Shown here: positions 36,338 through 49,848 of the stretch, in pieces
Numbering within the stretch: position 1 is the stretch's first letter
How the letters are laid out: every line of letters begins with the position of its first letter
Assembly (NCBI RefSeq): GCF_000143415.4
Contig: NW_003314307.1
Coordinates: forward strand, 1,282,952 to 1,346,951
Length of the DNA: 64,000 nucleotides
Reading direction: 5' to 3'
DNA from: Selaginella moellendorffii
Lineage: Eukaryota; Plantae; Lycopodiophyta
Position numbers and translations under genes: made by a program
The notes under the pieces: generated by a model
What the model was told of the DNA's origin: nothing
Databases searched by the model: none
What the model saw: the letters and a program-made list of their open reading frames with translations, nothing else

Positions 36338-39084
36338 ATGGACAGTTCTTCCTCCTCGGCTCCATCCAGTCCAGCTAATGCCAATGCCGCCGCCGCGCAG
36401 CAGATCGATGATCAAGGCGTCAAGCCCGAGCGGATGTTGAAGGAATCAGCGTCGGATGTGTGCCGGGTGAAGCCGCCGGACGATCAGCCCAAGCTCCACT
36501 TGACGTACTCGGCTCCATCGCTCCTCATGCTCGAGCAAGCTTTGCCGCTGCGATCGGACGAAGCGTCCACTCCGACGCCGTCGTCGCGAGGAGACAATTC
36601 CTCCGGATCCGGTTAGTCTTCTCCTTTGCTTTTATTTTTTCCTTGCTTAGAACCTTTTGTGTTTGGTGGTGAGAAGATAGGGGATTGGGACGGTCAGTGA
36701 CCATGCCCGCCACGAATGGCGAGGAAACGCGCGATCATACCTCCAATGGAAGGTTGCTGCGATCAGCCACGGAGAAAGCGAGCTTGCAAAGACACGAGGA
36801 AGAAAATATACGAAGAAAGGTCGCGGATAAGTTGTCCGACAGAAGAAAGGTAAACATTCCTTCAACATAAATTCCTTGGACTGACTACCTTCTTCTTTTG
36901 GTCTCCAGAAAAAGATGTTGCAACGCTTGGCTACAGTCAAGACGGATGGAACTGTCGAGTTTGATGTGGCTGGAAGTGCTCGCATCATGCCCGAGCTCAT
37001 TGCGCCCGAACTAAGCGATTCCCTTCGTATTTACGACGAGGAGTGGGACGAGAGGAAGTTCAAAGTGCAGCCATTGCAGATTGTAATGCTCATCGTTGGT
37101 ACACGAGGGGATGTTCAACCATTTATTGCGATCGGAAAGCATCTACAGGTGTTTTCCTCGTTTATTCTTCTGAAGTGAAAATCTCACTCATGCTTGTGAT
37201 TACTTACGCAGGAATACGGCCACCGTGTACGCCTCGCTACACACGCCAACTTTCGGGAGTTTGTGTTAACTGCTGGGCTGGAGTTCTATCCTTTAGGCGG
37301 GGATCCGAAAATTCTAGCTGGATGTACGTGTCAACTGGTAGCAGTTTGAGCTTATTGTTTGATGCCTCATTCACTGACAGGTCGCGCTCATTACAGACAT
37401 GGTGAAAAACAAAGGGTTTCTTCCTTCCAATCCATCCGAGATACCTATTCAAAGAAAGCAGATCAAAGCTATCATAAACTCGTTGCTTCCTGCCTGTATT
37501 GAGGCTGATGGACCAGTTCCTTTCAGAGCTCAGGCGATGATTGCAAATCCTCCCGCGTATGGTAAGTTTCTCTCGGCTTTTTGATCTCGTTTACAATGCC
37601 GACAGTTCTGCAGGTCATGTTCATGTGGCTGAGTACTTGAGAGTCCCACTTCACATTTTCTTTACAATGCCTTGGACGTAAGAAAAAACCTGACGTTCTT
37701 TCTTCTACTACCACTAACATGTCCCGTGGCCGCTATTGCAGGCCAACCAGTGAGTTTCCTCATCCGTTGGCACGCATCAAGAATCCGGCTGGTTACCGGG
37801 TGAGTGGCGAATTATACTATGGCGAAACACTTATGTGAGTTTTGAAATAATGGCAGATGTCTTATCAAGTTGTGGACTCCCTCATATGGTGGGGAATTCG
37901 GAGCATGATAAACGACTTCCGGAAGAAGAAACTTAAGCTCCGTCCAATTACCTACTTGAGCGGTTCAATAGGATCAATATCGGACTTACCTACGGGTTAC
38001 ATATGGAGTCCACATCTGGTCCCCAAGCCCAGAGGTATTGCGTATCGTCTTTTTCCGTGTCACATTGATTTAAGTTTCCACTTGTTTGCAGACTGGGGCC
38101 AGCGTGTCGACGTGGTTGGCTTCTGTTTTCTGGATCTTGCCAGAGATTATGAGCCCCATGCGGAACTCTCCAAGTGGCTGCAAGCAGGAGCAAAGCCAAT
38201 TTACGTTGGTTTTGGAAGCCTTGTAAGTCTTAAATCCTTCTTCATTGCATACGAGTGTTGTTTTGACGCCGAGTTTTGGGAAGCCTGTTCAAGATCCCAA
38301 GGGGATGACGTCGATCATAGTAAAAGCTCTTGAAGAAACTGGCCAACGCGGCATAATCTCCAGGGGTTGGGGAGGGCTGGGTGACAGTAAGTAATGCGTT
38401 TTTAAAACGTTATCAAACCTGGACTCCGTTTTGCAGTAAAAGATCCACCAGATTTTATCTATTTACTGGATAACTGTCCTCACGACTGGCTTTTTCCACA
38501 ATGCGCTGGAGTGGTATGTTTGTCATGACAACTTTCTTTTGCAATTCATCCAACCCTCTCTTTATATGTCGTAGGTTCATCATGGAGGCGCGGGAACAAC
38601 AGCTGCCGGTCTCAAAGCTGCGGTATAAGCAAGAGCAAGAGCAGAGGTTTTTTTGACTTAACCAGGATGAGTTTGCGTGCTTGGCAGTGCCCGACGACTG
38701 TAGTTCCCATTTTCGGGGATCAGCCATTCTGGGGAGAGCAAGTCCATGCTAAAGGAGTCGGCCCAGCTCCAATTCCAGTGAATCAATTCACGCTGGAGAA
38801 GCTCGTTGCTGCCATTCGTTTCATGCTGGAGCCGGAGGTAAGATTGGTCACGTTTTCCTAGCATAGATCGATAGTTTCTCATTCTTTGGCTTGGGAAAAA
38901 GGTGAAAGAGCGAGCGATTCAACTGGCCAAGCATATGGACGGGGAGGACGGCGTGAAAGAAGCGGTGAACGCGTTCCACAGGCACTTGCCAAAGGATATG
39001 CCGGATCAGGCTCCAGACATCCCATCGGATTCGAGCTTCCTTTCCAGCCTCGTGGAGAAGCTACGGAGAATATTTTGTTGTTAG
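36338..39084 (+). CDS. UGT80A: Sterol 3-beta-glucosyltransferase (UGT80A-like), multi-exon
   Basis: LQIVMLIVGTRGDVQPF, GHRVRLATHANF, MVKNKGFLPS, IANPPAYGH, HHGGAGTTAAGL and PIFGDQPFWG. Confidence 0.93.
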
Positions 39085-39719
39085 ATTCAGTCTGTAAACA
39101 CGATTTTTATAAAGGGCCTAATACTTACACTTCTATTTCTATACTGATTGGGATAGAAAAATCATAATTAATAAATTAGTGTATATTATATGTTATTAAG
39201 ATTTATTATGAGCATCTATAAAATCTACAAGAGTAATAGTAATCACAAAATGTTTTGAAAGAGAATAAGTTTATAAATATATAAATAAATTTTTATGTAT
39301 TTTATTTATGAATAAATGAAAAAAAAAATGTTAATAAGTTTAATTTCTTTAGGAAAAAAATAAATATCATCACTCAACTTCAAGTAGTTAATATTCTTAG
39401 ATATTATTATTGTCTTTGTCTGAGATTATTGCTGCAATTTGATTATTTTACAATAAGTTAAATATCTGATAAAAAAGGTATTAAGTCTCTATAAACTATT
39501 TACATTTACATTACTAATAATATCTTATATCAAAGTTGTTATAAGTTAAAATTTAACATTATGAGTACATAAAATATAGAAATGAAACAATATGCATATC
39601 AATTATCCAAAAAACCTTAACTGAGTGAGTGGTCCGAATTAAAACCAATTCAATGGCTACCAAAATTCTACTAAGCTAATATTAGTATACAGTATTGTAG
39701 CTATATACTTAGACTTCAC

Positions 39720-40368
39720 TGTAAGCAACCAAAGGGAACGACTCGAGAGACGATCCATAAGGTTCAAATATAGAGGGAAAGGGCCCATGAATAAGAGTGC
39801 ACCCCCTTTTCCAATCAGTTAAGGGTTTTGGGATAATTGGGATTAAATGTCCTTGGGTTTGAATAATACTAGGTTGGGTGACCTCCCGGGAAGTCCAAAC
39901 TCAGGAACTTACATTTGGTATCAGAGCGGTCTCGGGTCCGACTTTGTTGGTTGGCTAAGGAAATCACACCACAAGTTGATTGACATCTGGCTGATCCAGT
40001 TTGCTCCCATTGGGCCTACCCCTTGGACAAGTTGATTGACATCTAGCTAGTCCAATTTGCTCCTGCTGGGCTCGACTCGAGGGATAGGGTGTCAAGAGAG
40101 TGGGGCTCTCAGGAGAGTTGCGGCTCTCAGCTTCCGTTCACGAGGGTGTGACCTTGCAGGGAAGCGTGATGGATTGTAAGCAACTAAAGGGAACAACTCG
40201 AGAGACAATTCATGGGGTTTAAATATAGAGGGAAAGGGCTTATTAACAAGAGTGCACCCCCTTTTTCAATTGGTTAAGGGTCTTGGGATAATTGGGGTTA
40301 AGTGTCTTTGGGTTTAAATAGTACTGGGTTGGGTGACCTCCTGGGAAGTCCAAACTCAGGAGCTTATA
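39720..40368 (+). mobile_element. Cassandra-type TRIM (non-autonomous LTR retrotransposon with 5S rRNA-derived LTRs)
   Basis: Two 194-bp LTRs (39720-39913 TGTAAG...CTTACA; 40175-40368). PBS tggtatcagagc (tRNA-iMet) at 39916. Purine-rich tract before LTR2. TSD ttcac/ctcac. LTRs contain a 5S-like segment, gttaag...ttggg...agtact(g)ggttgggtgacctcctgggaagtcc. Confidence 0.92.
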
Positions 40369-40628
40369 CTCACATCCTCTTGAAAAGTCATTAGGGTTCT
40401 TTGATTGATGAGCCAAGATATGGAGTAATATCAAAAGGAGGCACTGATGGATTTGTAGGTGGTGTTAGTTATTTTTTATCCCTTTATACAAAACACTTAA
40501 ATTGCATATGTATAATTTTTGGAGGATCAACTTGTTAAATATCATACCAAACTTTATAACTTGTGATCTAGCTTGCTATAACACTGGAAATGGTCCCTTC
40601 CACTGAGCAAGGAGCCCTTTAAACAAAC

Positions 40629-40991
40629 TGTCAAGACCCCCAACAAGATCAGGACTGGAAAATGCAGAAGACGAAAAGAAAAGCTAGTGAAAACGAAGAA
40701 AAGGCCTTAGACTAGTGTTGATTCAGATTGTGAAGAAATGAAACAAGACTAACCTATATATATACTATACATTGATGAAGCTCCACCACTCTTGGATCGA
40801 GGACGGCCTAAATATAGCTAAGGTCGAGGAGGCACCACGTCATCATCAGGAATGTGGTTCAAGAATCAGGAATCATACAAGAAATCAGAGAGTTAGGAAT
40901 AAGGAAGTGTCTTGAGAGTCAAGAATGTGGTCTGTGGGTTAGGAATCTGGCGAGAGTCAGGAATGTGGCAAGAATTGAGGGATTCCTGACA
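40629..40991 (-). repeat. 3' LTR of chromovirus element
   Basis: TGTCAAGA...TCCTGACA termini. The adjacent gcaccccctcctcaaga reads as a PPT on the minus strand. Confidence 0.8.
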
Positions 40992-43900
40992 GCACCCCCT
41001 CCTCAAGAACGAGTGGAATGAGGATGTGAATGAGAATGAAGAGGAGGATGAGATGGCCGTCGAGGGACGGGAGATGGAGAAGGAAAAGAATGAGGACTGG
41101 GACAAGAAGGATAGCGGCAGTGGAAGTCCTGAACAAGGTCAGAAGAATGAATTAGGTTGTCTGCAGGTTCCAAAGTGCGTTCCTCAAGTCCTGATAATAG
41201 TTGATGAAGCACCTTAGGAATTGTTCCAACATCTGAATCATTCGCTCGGACTGTCCATCAGTTTGAGGGTGATACGCCGAAGAGAGGTTGGCCTTCAATC
41301 CAAGCAGTTGCAAGAACCATTGCCAGAAATGAGAGATGAATTGAGGTCCCCGATCTGAAACCACATTTGCAGGAATCCCATGAAGTCGGAAAATTTCCCT
41401 GAATACCAGTTTTGCCATGTCCTCGCCCGAAAACTCCTTGGTACACGGCAAAAAGTGCGCCATATTTGTGAAGCGATCCACCATGACTAAATTGCTATTG
41501 AAACCTCTAGAACTCGAAAGATCACTCACGAAATCCATGGAGATGGATTCCCAAAGACCTGAAGGGACCAGGAGAGAATGAAGCAAACCTGAAGGAAGGT
41601 GGCGAGGCACCTTATTCTGGGCGCAAGTGTCACAGGAGGTAACAAAAGCTTTGATGTAGTCGTCCATGTGAGGCCACCAAAAGTCCCGTGCAACCAGCTC
41701 ATAGGTTTTTGCAATGCTGAAGTGACCAGCAGTCGGGTTATCATGGCACACCATCAGGACCAACCTTCGAGCATCACCTTAAGGAATGTAAAGCTGCTCC
41801 CCATGTTTGTAGTCTAGTCTATTAGATAGTAGAGTTTAAATCGTGAGATTTTTGAATCAAGGATGTCCTAAACTTTGTACTCAAACCCATCCTCGAGCTG
41901 CACTGGTGGAGGCAGAGGAATGACCCGATTTTGGAATAAGACTGGGAATATAAGGCTCAAGAGAGAGGAGTGAAAAATGGGGTGAATTTGATATAAAGAG
42001 TGAAGTGCAAGATGATAAGTGATAGGATTAATGATGGTAGTGATAGGAAAGGACTAAGGTGTTTGAAATCAAGTTTGGGACATGGCCTGGTGGTGGAGAT
42101 ATTTCGTTTGAGAAGCCAGACTTTATCCTTGATATTGTAAGGGGGACAATCCTGACGATGGACATTGGCGAATGTTTTGTGAGATTCCTAAGCATGATGG
42201 AGGTGGAAGGAGATGGAGTTGTGGATTTCCTGGAAGTTGGAGACAAATGCCTTAGAGTGGAGATTTGAACCAGAGGATTTGGATGGAGAAGGAAGTGAGA
42301 GATTGAATCAGGGATTTGGGCCAGAGTTTGCAAAGAAGGGGGAAACTCGAAGGGAGAAATGAATGGAGTTGTTATAGGAAAACTCAGCAAATGGAAGGAT
42401 ATCGAACCAGTTATCCTGATAATAGTTGATGAAGCACCTTAGGAATTGTTCCAACGTCTAAATCGTTCGCTCGGACTGTCCATCAGTTTGAGGGTGATAC
42501 GCCGAAGAGAGGTTGGCCTTCACTCCAAGCAGTTGCAAGAACCATTGCCAGAAATGAGAGATGAATTGAGGTCCCCGATCTGAAACCACATTTGCAGGAA
42601 TCCCATGAAGTCGGAAAATTTCCCTGAATACCAATTTTGCCATGTCCTCACCCGAAAACTCCTTGGTACACGGCAGGAAGTGTGCCATATTTGTGAAGCG
42701 ATCCACCATGACTAAATTGCTATTGAAACCTCTAGAACTCGAAAGATCACTCACGAAATCCATGGAGATGGATTCCCAAGGACCTGAAGGGACCAGGAGA
42801 GAATGAAGCAAACCTGAAGGAAGGTGGCGAGGCACCTTATTCTGGGCGCAAGTGTCACAGGAGGTAACAAAAGCTTTGATGTAGTCGTCCATGTGAGGCC
42901 ACCAAAAGTCCCAACCAGCTCATAGGTTTTTGCAATGCTGAAGTGACCAGCAATTGAGTTATCATGGCACACCATCAGGACCAACCTTTGAGCATCACCT
43001 TAAGTAATGTAAAGCTACTCCCCATAGTACAATAAGCCATCTAAGAACTCAAACTCGTCAAATCTCCAGTAGTCGGGAGTCATTGGGTGTCCAGCCTGAA
43101 GATGGGGGAAAATATCACTGGCAAGGTCGTTGGATTGAAAATCATTTCTGATTGTGTCCATCAAGAAGGAGTCCTGAGGGGCCAGGGAAATTGCTATAAC
43201 TTGAAGCCGATCAGGACTGAGGATAACTTAATCCTGTTGATAAAAGGCAGGATTATCAAGCTTGAGATTGAGATAGGAGCGCCTTGAAAGAGCATCAGGA
43301 AGGCCCTGAAGCTTTCCAGGTCTGTACTTGATAACAAAGTCAAACTGACTCAAGAATTGTGCCCACCTTGCCTGACGACGGCTCAAAACTCGGGAAGTGG
43401 CAAAGTACTTGAGATTTTTGTGATCCGTCTAGACCATTGTTAATTGGCTTGCCCCCTCCAAGAAATGACGCCACTCTCCAAAGGAATCCATGATGGCAAG
43501 GAGCTCCTTGTCGTGGATTTTGTAATTGATCTCTACAGGCTGGAATTTCCGAGAATGAAAAGTGACCGGATGAAATTCCTGATCCACTTCGAGTTGAGAC
43601 AGCATAGCACTGATGGTAAAGTCGGAGGCGTCCACCTTGATGAAGAAAGGTTGTGAGGGATCAGCGTGGACCAAGACGGGAGTAGATTGAAGGCCGCCTT
43701 GAGTGTGTCAAAGGCCTGCTGGGCAGCAGCAGACCAAGAGAAGGGAACATTTTTATGAGTGAGATATGTGAGAGGAAGGACAATGTGGGAGTAGTTATCA
43801 ATGAATTTGCAGTAGAAGTTGGCAAAGCCAAGGAAAACCTGAACGTTCAACATTGATTGTGGAGGCTCCCATTCGAGAATAATCTTGACTTTGGCAGGAT

Positions 43901-44850
43901 CCATCGTGATACCCTCAAGAGTGACAATGTACCCAAGGAACTCCATAGACTCTTGATCGAAGGAACATTTCTCAAGCTTCACGTATAGGCTATATTCCCG
44001 CAGCTTCACCAGCACCTTGCGCACATGCTTGTCGTGCTCCTCCTGAGTTTTTGAGTAGATGAGGATGTTGTCGAGGTAGACAATCACCATCCGATCAAGA
44101 AACTTCTGAAAAACATCATTTGCCATGTATTGGAAAATTGCTGGAGCATTTGTCAAGCCAAATGGCATAACAGTGTACTCGAAATGGCCATAGCGGGTTT
44201 GGAACGCAGTCTTCCATTCATCACTAGGCCGAATCCGGATTGGGTTGTATGCTCCATGGAGGTCAATCTTGGTGAAGAAGTAGGCACCACCGAGGCATTC
44301 CAATATGTTTGAGATCAAAGGCAGCAAATAACAATTATGAACAGTTACCTTGTTCAAACCTCGGTAGTCGATGACTAGCCGCAAACTCCCATCCTTCTTC
44401 TTGACAAAGAAGATAGGTGCTCCAGCCGGGGACTGCGGATGCTAAATGTACCCTGATGCAAGGTTCTCTTCCACGTAGTCTTTGAGGGCCTTAAGCTTAG
44501 ACGGGGATAACCTATAGATAGGCCCCCATGGAAGTGACACTTGTAAATCAATGGGATAGTCGTAAGGCTGATGAATAGGTAGTACACTAGCTTTTTTCTT
44601 GTTAAACACATCTCCAAAATCATGATACTTCTTAGGAAGACTGACAGGAGAAACATGCAAAGCAAAAAGGAAAACAAGTTCTTCGTGAAGGAGTTCTTTC
44701 ATAGTAGTTGTGAAGATAAGAGGAGGCATACGACTGAATGGAATGATGGGATGAAGATATTGTCCAGTGTAAGATGGTGTTGGGGGAAGGAGGGGCGCCT
44801 CCCCCAACGCTTGCTCAAACACGAGAAATGCTTCAATACTCTTCACAAAA
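40629..44850 (-). mobile_element. Decayed Ty3/gypsy chromovirus (RT, RNase H, integrase x2, chromodomain)
   Basis: RT RLVIDYRGLN...KTAFQTRYGHFEYTVMPFGLTNAPA...VYLDN (YLDD mutated). RNase H DASDF...[11 protein letters not shown]. Integrase SISMDFV...VSDRGPQF...AYHPQTDGQSER. Chromodomain halves EYKV*DILDSKISRFKLYYLID and EERTLEPADNL. Stops and frameshifts; no 5' LTR or gag found. Confidence 0.9.
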
Positions 44851-46369
44851 ATGCCCTTTATTGCCCTTGTGGGGCAAGGGTTTTATACAAGGAAGATGGG
44901 GAATATTTTGAAGACTAAAATATTCCCTCTCTCTCTCTCACTCTCTCGGTGGCCATGCCCTAACATGCGACCACGGTGGATCGCATTAGCTCCAAAGGCA
45001 CGAGAACCTGCCGAAGAGTGTAGAGTGTACCTCTGCTACTGATGCCAAGTGTTGGTAGTTGCGTGAAATAGTAGAAACTCTAGAAAACAAAGTGGAAAAG
45101 AAAGAAAAGAGGTAAGTGTGAAGTTTGGAGATAGGGACAAAAACCTGGTGGGAAACCTTGTAGTCAAATTGGATCTTGAAGTTGAAGAAAAAGTGCAAAA
45201 AAAGTGTGAAAAGAGGAGGAAAATAGAGGAAAGAGAGTGTGAATACCCAAAGAACTTAACCCGTACTTGGATTTCGGCTTAGGAAAGTTTAATATGCAAA
45301 TGCAACCTCTTAATGACTTCCAGTATGCTCCAAAGATTGGCCGAAATCAAGAAAGAAAGAGAGGTAGAAGAGGGGATGCATTGCCCAAGGGTGGTAAGTG
45401 TGGAAATGATGAAAGATGGAGTGATATGGTGGAGTGCCGAGATGGTGGTGGCACTTTGAGAAGGTGGCCATTGATAACCATTGGCCCGTAGAGTAAGCAT
45501 TGACCTCTCGGAGTAGTTGGTAATTGGTAACCAGTAACTAGGGACCTGTAACCGGTAACCACTTGCTCTCACTCATACTCCTGCGCCGGGAAGGTGGCCA
45601 TCTCTTAAAGTGTTAGGCCAATGGTCTGATGTGTCGAACTGAAGAAGACAACAGTTGAAAAGGACGGCATAGTCGCTGGGTTGCCAGTGAAGGGAGGTGG
45701 CATGTGTCCACTGAGTGCTGGAGCAGAAGAAAGTGGCTTTGGTTTCTATGGCCTCGCCTAAAGATCCACCTAGGTGCCTTGAGTGAACAGGTTCACCCAG
45801 TTGGAAGAAAGTTGCTCCAGAAAAGCTAGTGCATCATCGCAAATGGTTGTAAGGATATCTCGGAAACGGCACGTCCAAATGAGGTGGTGTCTGTTGCTGC
45901 TGGTGCATGTATGTGTGTTCGTGGTATGGTGTAAATGTGACCTCAAGCAGAGATATAAATGATGGTGAAAGAATGAAAGACGCAAGACGGGCATCTAGAG
46001 ATAAGGGCAGACAATGCTACTGGAAGTGAATGGGGATGGAACTGTGAGTGTAGATGATATGGAATGAGTGAGGGGAATGTGTGGGGTGTAGTAATGGTAA
46101 AGGAAGGGCCAAAGAACTTGGAGCATAGACTGGGCCAAGCAAGGAACCTCTATACAAATGGCAATGTAGCTTGAGCATGAAATCCAAGGCATGGGCCATG
46201 GTCCAATGGGGAAACACCCTGAAAGTAAGAAAAGGAGTCATGAAAGTAAAGTGAAAGAAAGGAAGAAAAAGAAAAAGAAAAAGAAGAGAAGAGGAATGCC
46301 TCACCAGATGAAGCATTTAGGTGAGAGTGGTTGTGAGTGTGTGGGAGCTCACATCCCTTATCATCAACT

Positions 46370-48203
46370 AGCACATATGCTCCGCCCCTGATGTGTCACT
46401 GGACAAAGTAGGGGCTAGTCCAGTGAGGGGAGAACTTCGAAGGTGGTATGAACTCCTTGAGTAGAACAAGACCACCATCCTCGAATGGTTCGGTAGACTG
46501 CTGGTGATCAATGATGGACTTGATCTTCTGCTTGCTTCGAAGGAGATGTTCAGTCGTGGATCATCGCTGTTCTTCCAAGGCGAGAACCTCCAAGTCACGT
46601 GCATGAAGCTTGTCCTTATCGCTAAGTTGCATCACTGCTGCATATCGAAGTGAAAGTGAGAGTGATGGCTCTTGGATCTCCACTGGAAGCACAGCCTTTG
46701 TCCCATAGACAAGGGAGAATGGGGTCGTAGAGATGGATGTCTTGAAGGACGTCCGAAAAGCCCACAATGCTGTAACCAAGTGCTCATGCCAATCCACAAA
46801 GGAAGTAGCTTATGCAACCAGGAATTCGCTCAGATCCATCACATGCTTCTGTTGCATGTGAAAAGTTGGTTGGAACTCTTGGATGGTCACAATCCAAGAT
46901 AAAGTATGAGGATTGTGAACCGATCGCTGTAAAAAAAAGGTCAGCACAGTAAAACAAACATGGAAATGGATACGGGCTCCAACAAGAAAGTGATGAAATC
47001 GCTCCAAGGTATAAACAATAGCCACTGCTTCTTTTTCCACATCCACGTACTTCTTTTCAGTCTCCTTGAATGAATGTGAGGCATAATATGTTGCATGTGG
47101 TGGCTTGCCAGGCTGTGAACGTTGGCAAAGGCATAGTCCAAAAGCATCCATGCCTGTTGTGATGTAAATTTCGAAAGGAAGTTGTCGTTTTGGTGGTTGG
47201 AGTACCAAAGGCTCCACAGTAGGAAATTCTGAACTCAAAGAGCAATAATTCGCATGCAGCACATCTGATTGGCTTGATTCTTTTTGCTAGTTGTGTGTCT
47301 AGATGTCATCTTTCGTCTCCAAGAAGCAGCATGACAAAATACACTCAGAGTCGTTAGCTACCGCGATTTTAGTAGGAAGATGCTGGCTGTGTAACAGCTC
47401 AGATAATTGTTGAGTGGGATTGCATTCAGCTGTGTCCTGTGAAAGATGGACCTGGTTTGGAGTGATTGTGTCATCAAGCTCTATAAGAGAGAGTTGGTCC
47501 CATGCAAGAAACGAATCGAGAAGCCCTTCTTCTATCAAGAAACACTCCAAAAAGTTGGATATGAGAGCTTGTACCCTATAAGCCCTACCATCAAATAAAG
47601 AGGCTAGAGGCTCACCTCCAACCATGTCAATCACATTGCATGAAAAAGCATCCGTCATATAAATGGTCGACTCCACCGCCAACTCAAGAAAAACCTCTGT
47701 GAGCTCAGAAGGGAAGTGTGTTGTGGAGGCCATCTTAGTCTGAGCCTGCTATGCTTGTTGAGAAAGAGCTCTGTTGTGGTTGTTGAGGAAGGTGGCATTA
47801 TGGGTGCCATTGCTAATTTCCATCTTGCCTTGTGCACTGTCAATGGTGCAATGGGCTGTGACTTGCCATGAGCAGCCAAGGATGATAGAGTCCTTCAAAA
47901 AGGACATTCCAAGACGTTGGTAGTCAATCATGAGGAAATCCACCTCAAAAGTAACACCCTACACTGAGACCTTGACACCACAGCAAATGCCTGCTGGAGG
48001 AACAATGTGGTTGGCGAAGGTTTTGAGCACGATGGAGGAGCTCTCAGTGATCTGTAGATGTGCTGAAAGGACCCTAAACTGGAGTCAACCAAAGCATCCA
48101 TCCTACAAGAGGAAGTATCAATCTACAACAGGACAAAGAATGGACTAGGATCCCCACCATATGTTGTCATGTCGACAATGTGCACCTCTTGAGGAGTCCT
48201 CTT
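46370..48203 (-). mobile_element. Second Ty3/gypsy element, 3' part (protease remnant, RNase H-like, integrase C-terminus; RT apparently deleted)
   Basis: MDALVDSS (degenerate DSG protease motif), YYASHSFKETEKKYVDVEKEAVAIVYTLERFHHFLVG and DWHEHLVTALWAFRTSFKTSISTTPFSLVYG. Confidence 0.8.
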
Positions 48204-49848
48204 AAGCTCTATTTCGTTAAAGTGGGATTTATTCAGTAAAATGGGACTAGGTACAAATTTTCAAGTATTTGAAAATGATGTGAAATTATATGTTTTTTGT
48301 CCAGGGGCTAGACATATCTGGGGCATGGTGACTAGCGCGGTGACTTTGTGTCCAGACTGAGTCCATCTGATTGTATAATAAATCTCATTGTCAAGGTGAA
48401 CAAGCCGAATATGAAGCTAAAGAAGAGCGATGGCATGCGCGCACACACTATTTGTTTGTTCATTGAGCGTGTGGTGAGCTTTCCAAGATGAACGTCATTC
48501 TTATTAGCCAGACATATAACTTAATGGTGAGAACATTTAGATATTATTCAATGTTATCTTTTTCTAACGAATCTAATTGTGAAGGTGTAGCAAGAGGCAT
48601 TGCTAGTTTGGAGAAGTCATTTAACTCATTTGACCCTTAGTGTATTTTCATGAAACTAAATAACATTCATATTATTAAGGAATTTCTCTAGTACCTTTTT
48701 TTTACGACATAGAGGCTTGCATTTCTTTCAAAGGTGATTTAGTAAAAGGCCTGAGGGCATATGCCATTCTATTTCTCAGACCGGTATTAAGATATACTAG
48801 TGCAAAGGGAAAAAAGTATTTGGTGATCAAGTAAATGGCATGAGAGCACATGCCATTATAAGCCTAAGTGCTAGTGGACACCTCCTTTTTGGTACTCTCA
48901 GTGGTACTATCATCCTTCTCTGGGTCAGTTGTTTTGCTTTTGATTGTTGTCTCTGACGTTACTGGGGTGTTCTCGATAGTTGTTAATATTGCTGTTTGTT
49001 CAGAAAAATGATCACCTGGAGTATAGTACGGGGAGTTTGGAAGACTTATATATTCTACATCTTCACCTATCTCCTTCTCCGTCTCCTTTTCTGCCTCACT
49101 TACAGATTTTGTGCTTGCCATGAGAACGCTCTTCACCCTAAAATATGGAGTTTGTTGTGTTATAAAAGGAAACCAACACACACACTGCAAGGGAATGATG
49201 GTACATAAAGCACATAAGCCCACAATATGGGTTTATGTGCCATTAATATGGGCCACACGCCATATTATTAGATTTATGCACATGTGATTGGTAAATGCAT
49301 ATGTCACATCATCTTTGTTTTACCTCACACACTATATCAGGCCTAATGAACCATATCACATGTGCGCACATGCTATATATATGGAGAAGTATTATGCAAG
49401 GATAGAAAAATTCAATGCATGATTGTGGAGAGCAATGGCATGAAGCCACATGCTAAATAACATTTTAGAGAAAGAATTAAAATAAAAACATGCAAACAGT
49501 ACTGAGTGGACCAAGACTTAGAAGTGCACAATTGAATGAGGTATTTCTAATAAATATTTCACTCACCTCATATAGGAATGGCTACCACTCTCAAATGGCG
49601 TATCGCCTTATGCCATCACCTCACAATTTGTTATAACAATCCGATGAATTCATATTTGGCTTGTTCACCTTGAACTTTAAGTAAAATTTGCTAGAACAAC
49701 TAAGAATTTATACTTGTTATTTGTATCATCTCACCTAGGAATGGCGTAAGGCCACATGCCATCACGCCTCCTCTGATTCAGATTCGGATTGTTCACCTTG
49801 AAATAAAATACATTAGAAACTTAGTAAAGGAATATTAATGAATCTCAC

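Noticed and set aside
39820-39900. 5S rRNA gene
   Set aside because: Only the internal control region is present, embedded in LTRs; it lacks the 5S 5' half and terminator.
48202-48205. TTAA target site (piggyBac/Sola3-type)
   Set aside because: TTAA occurs only at the left junction; the right side reads TTTC, while TCTT is duplicated on both sides of the TIRs.
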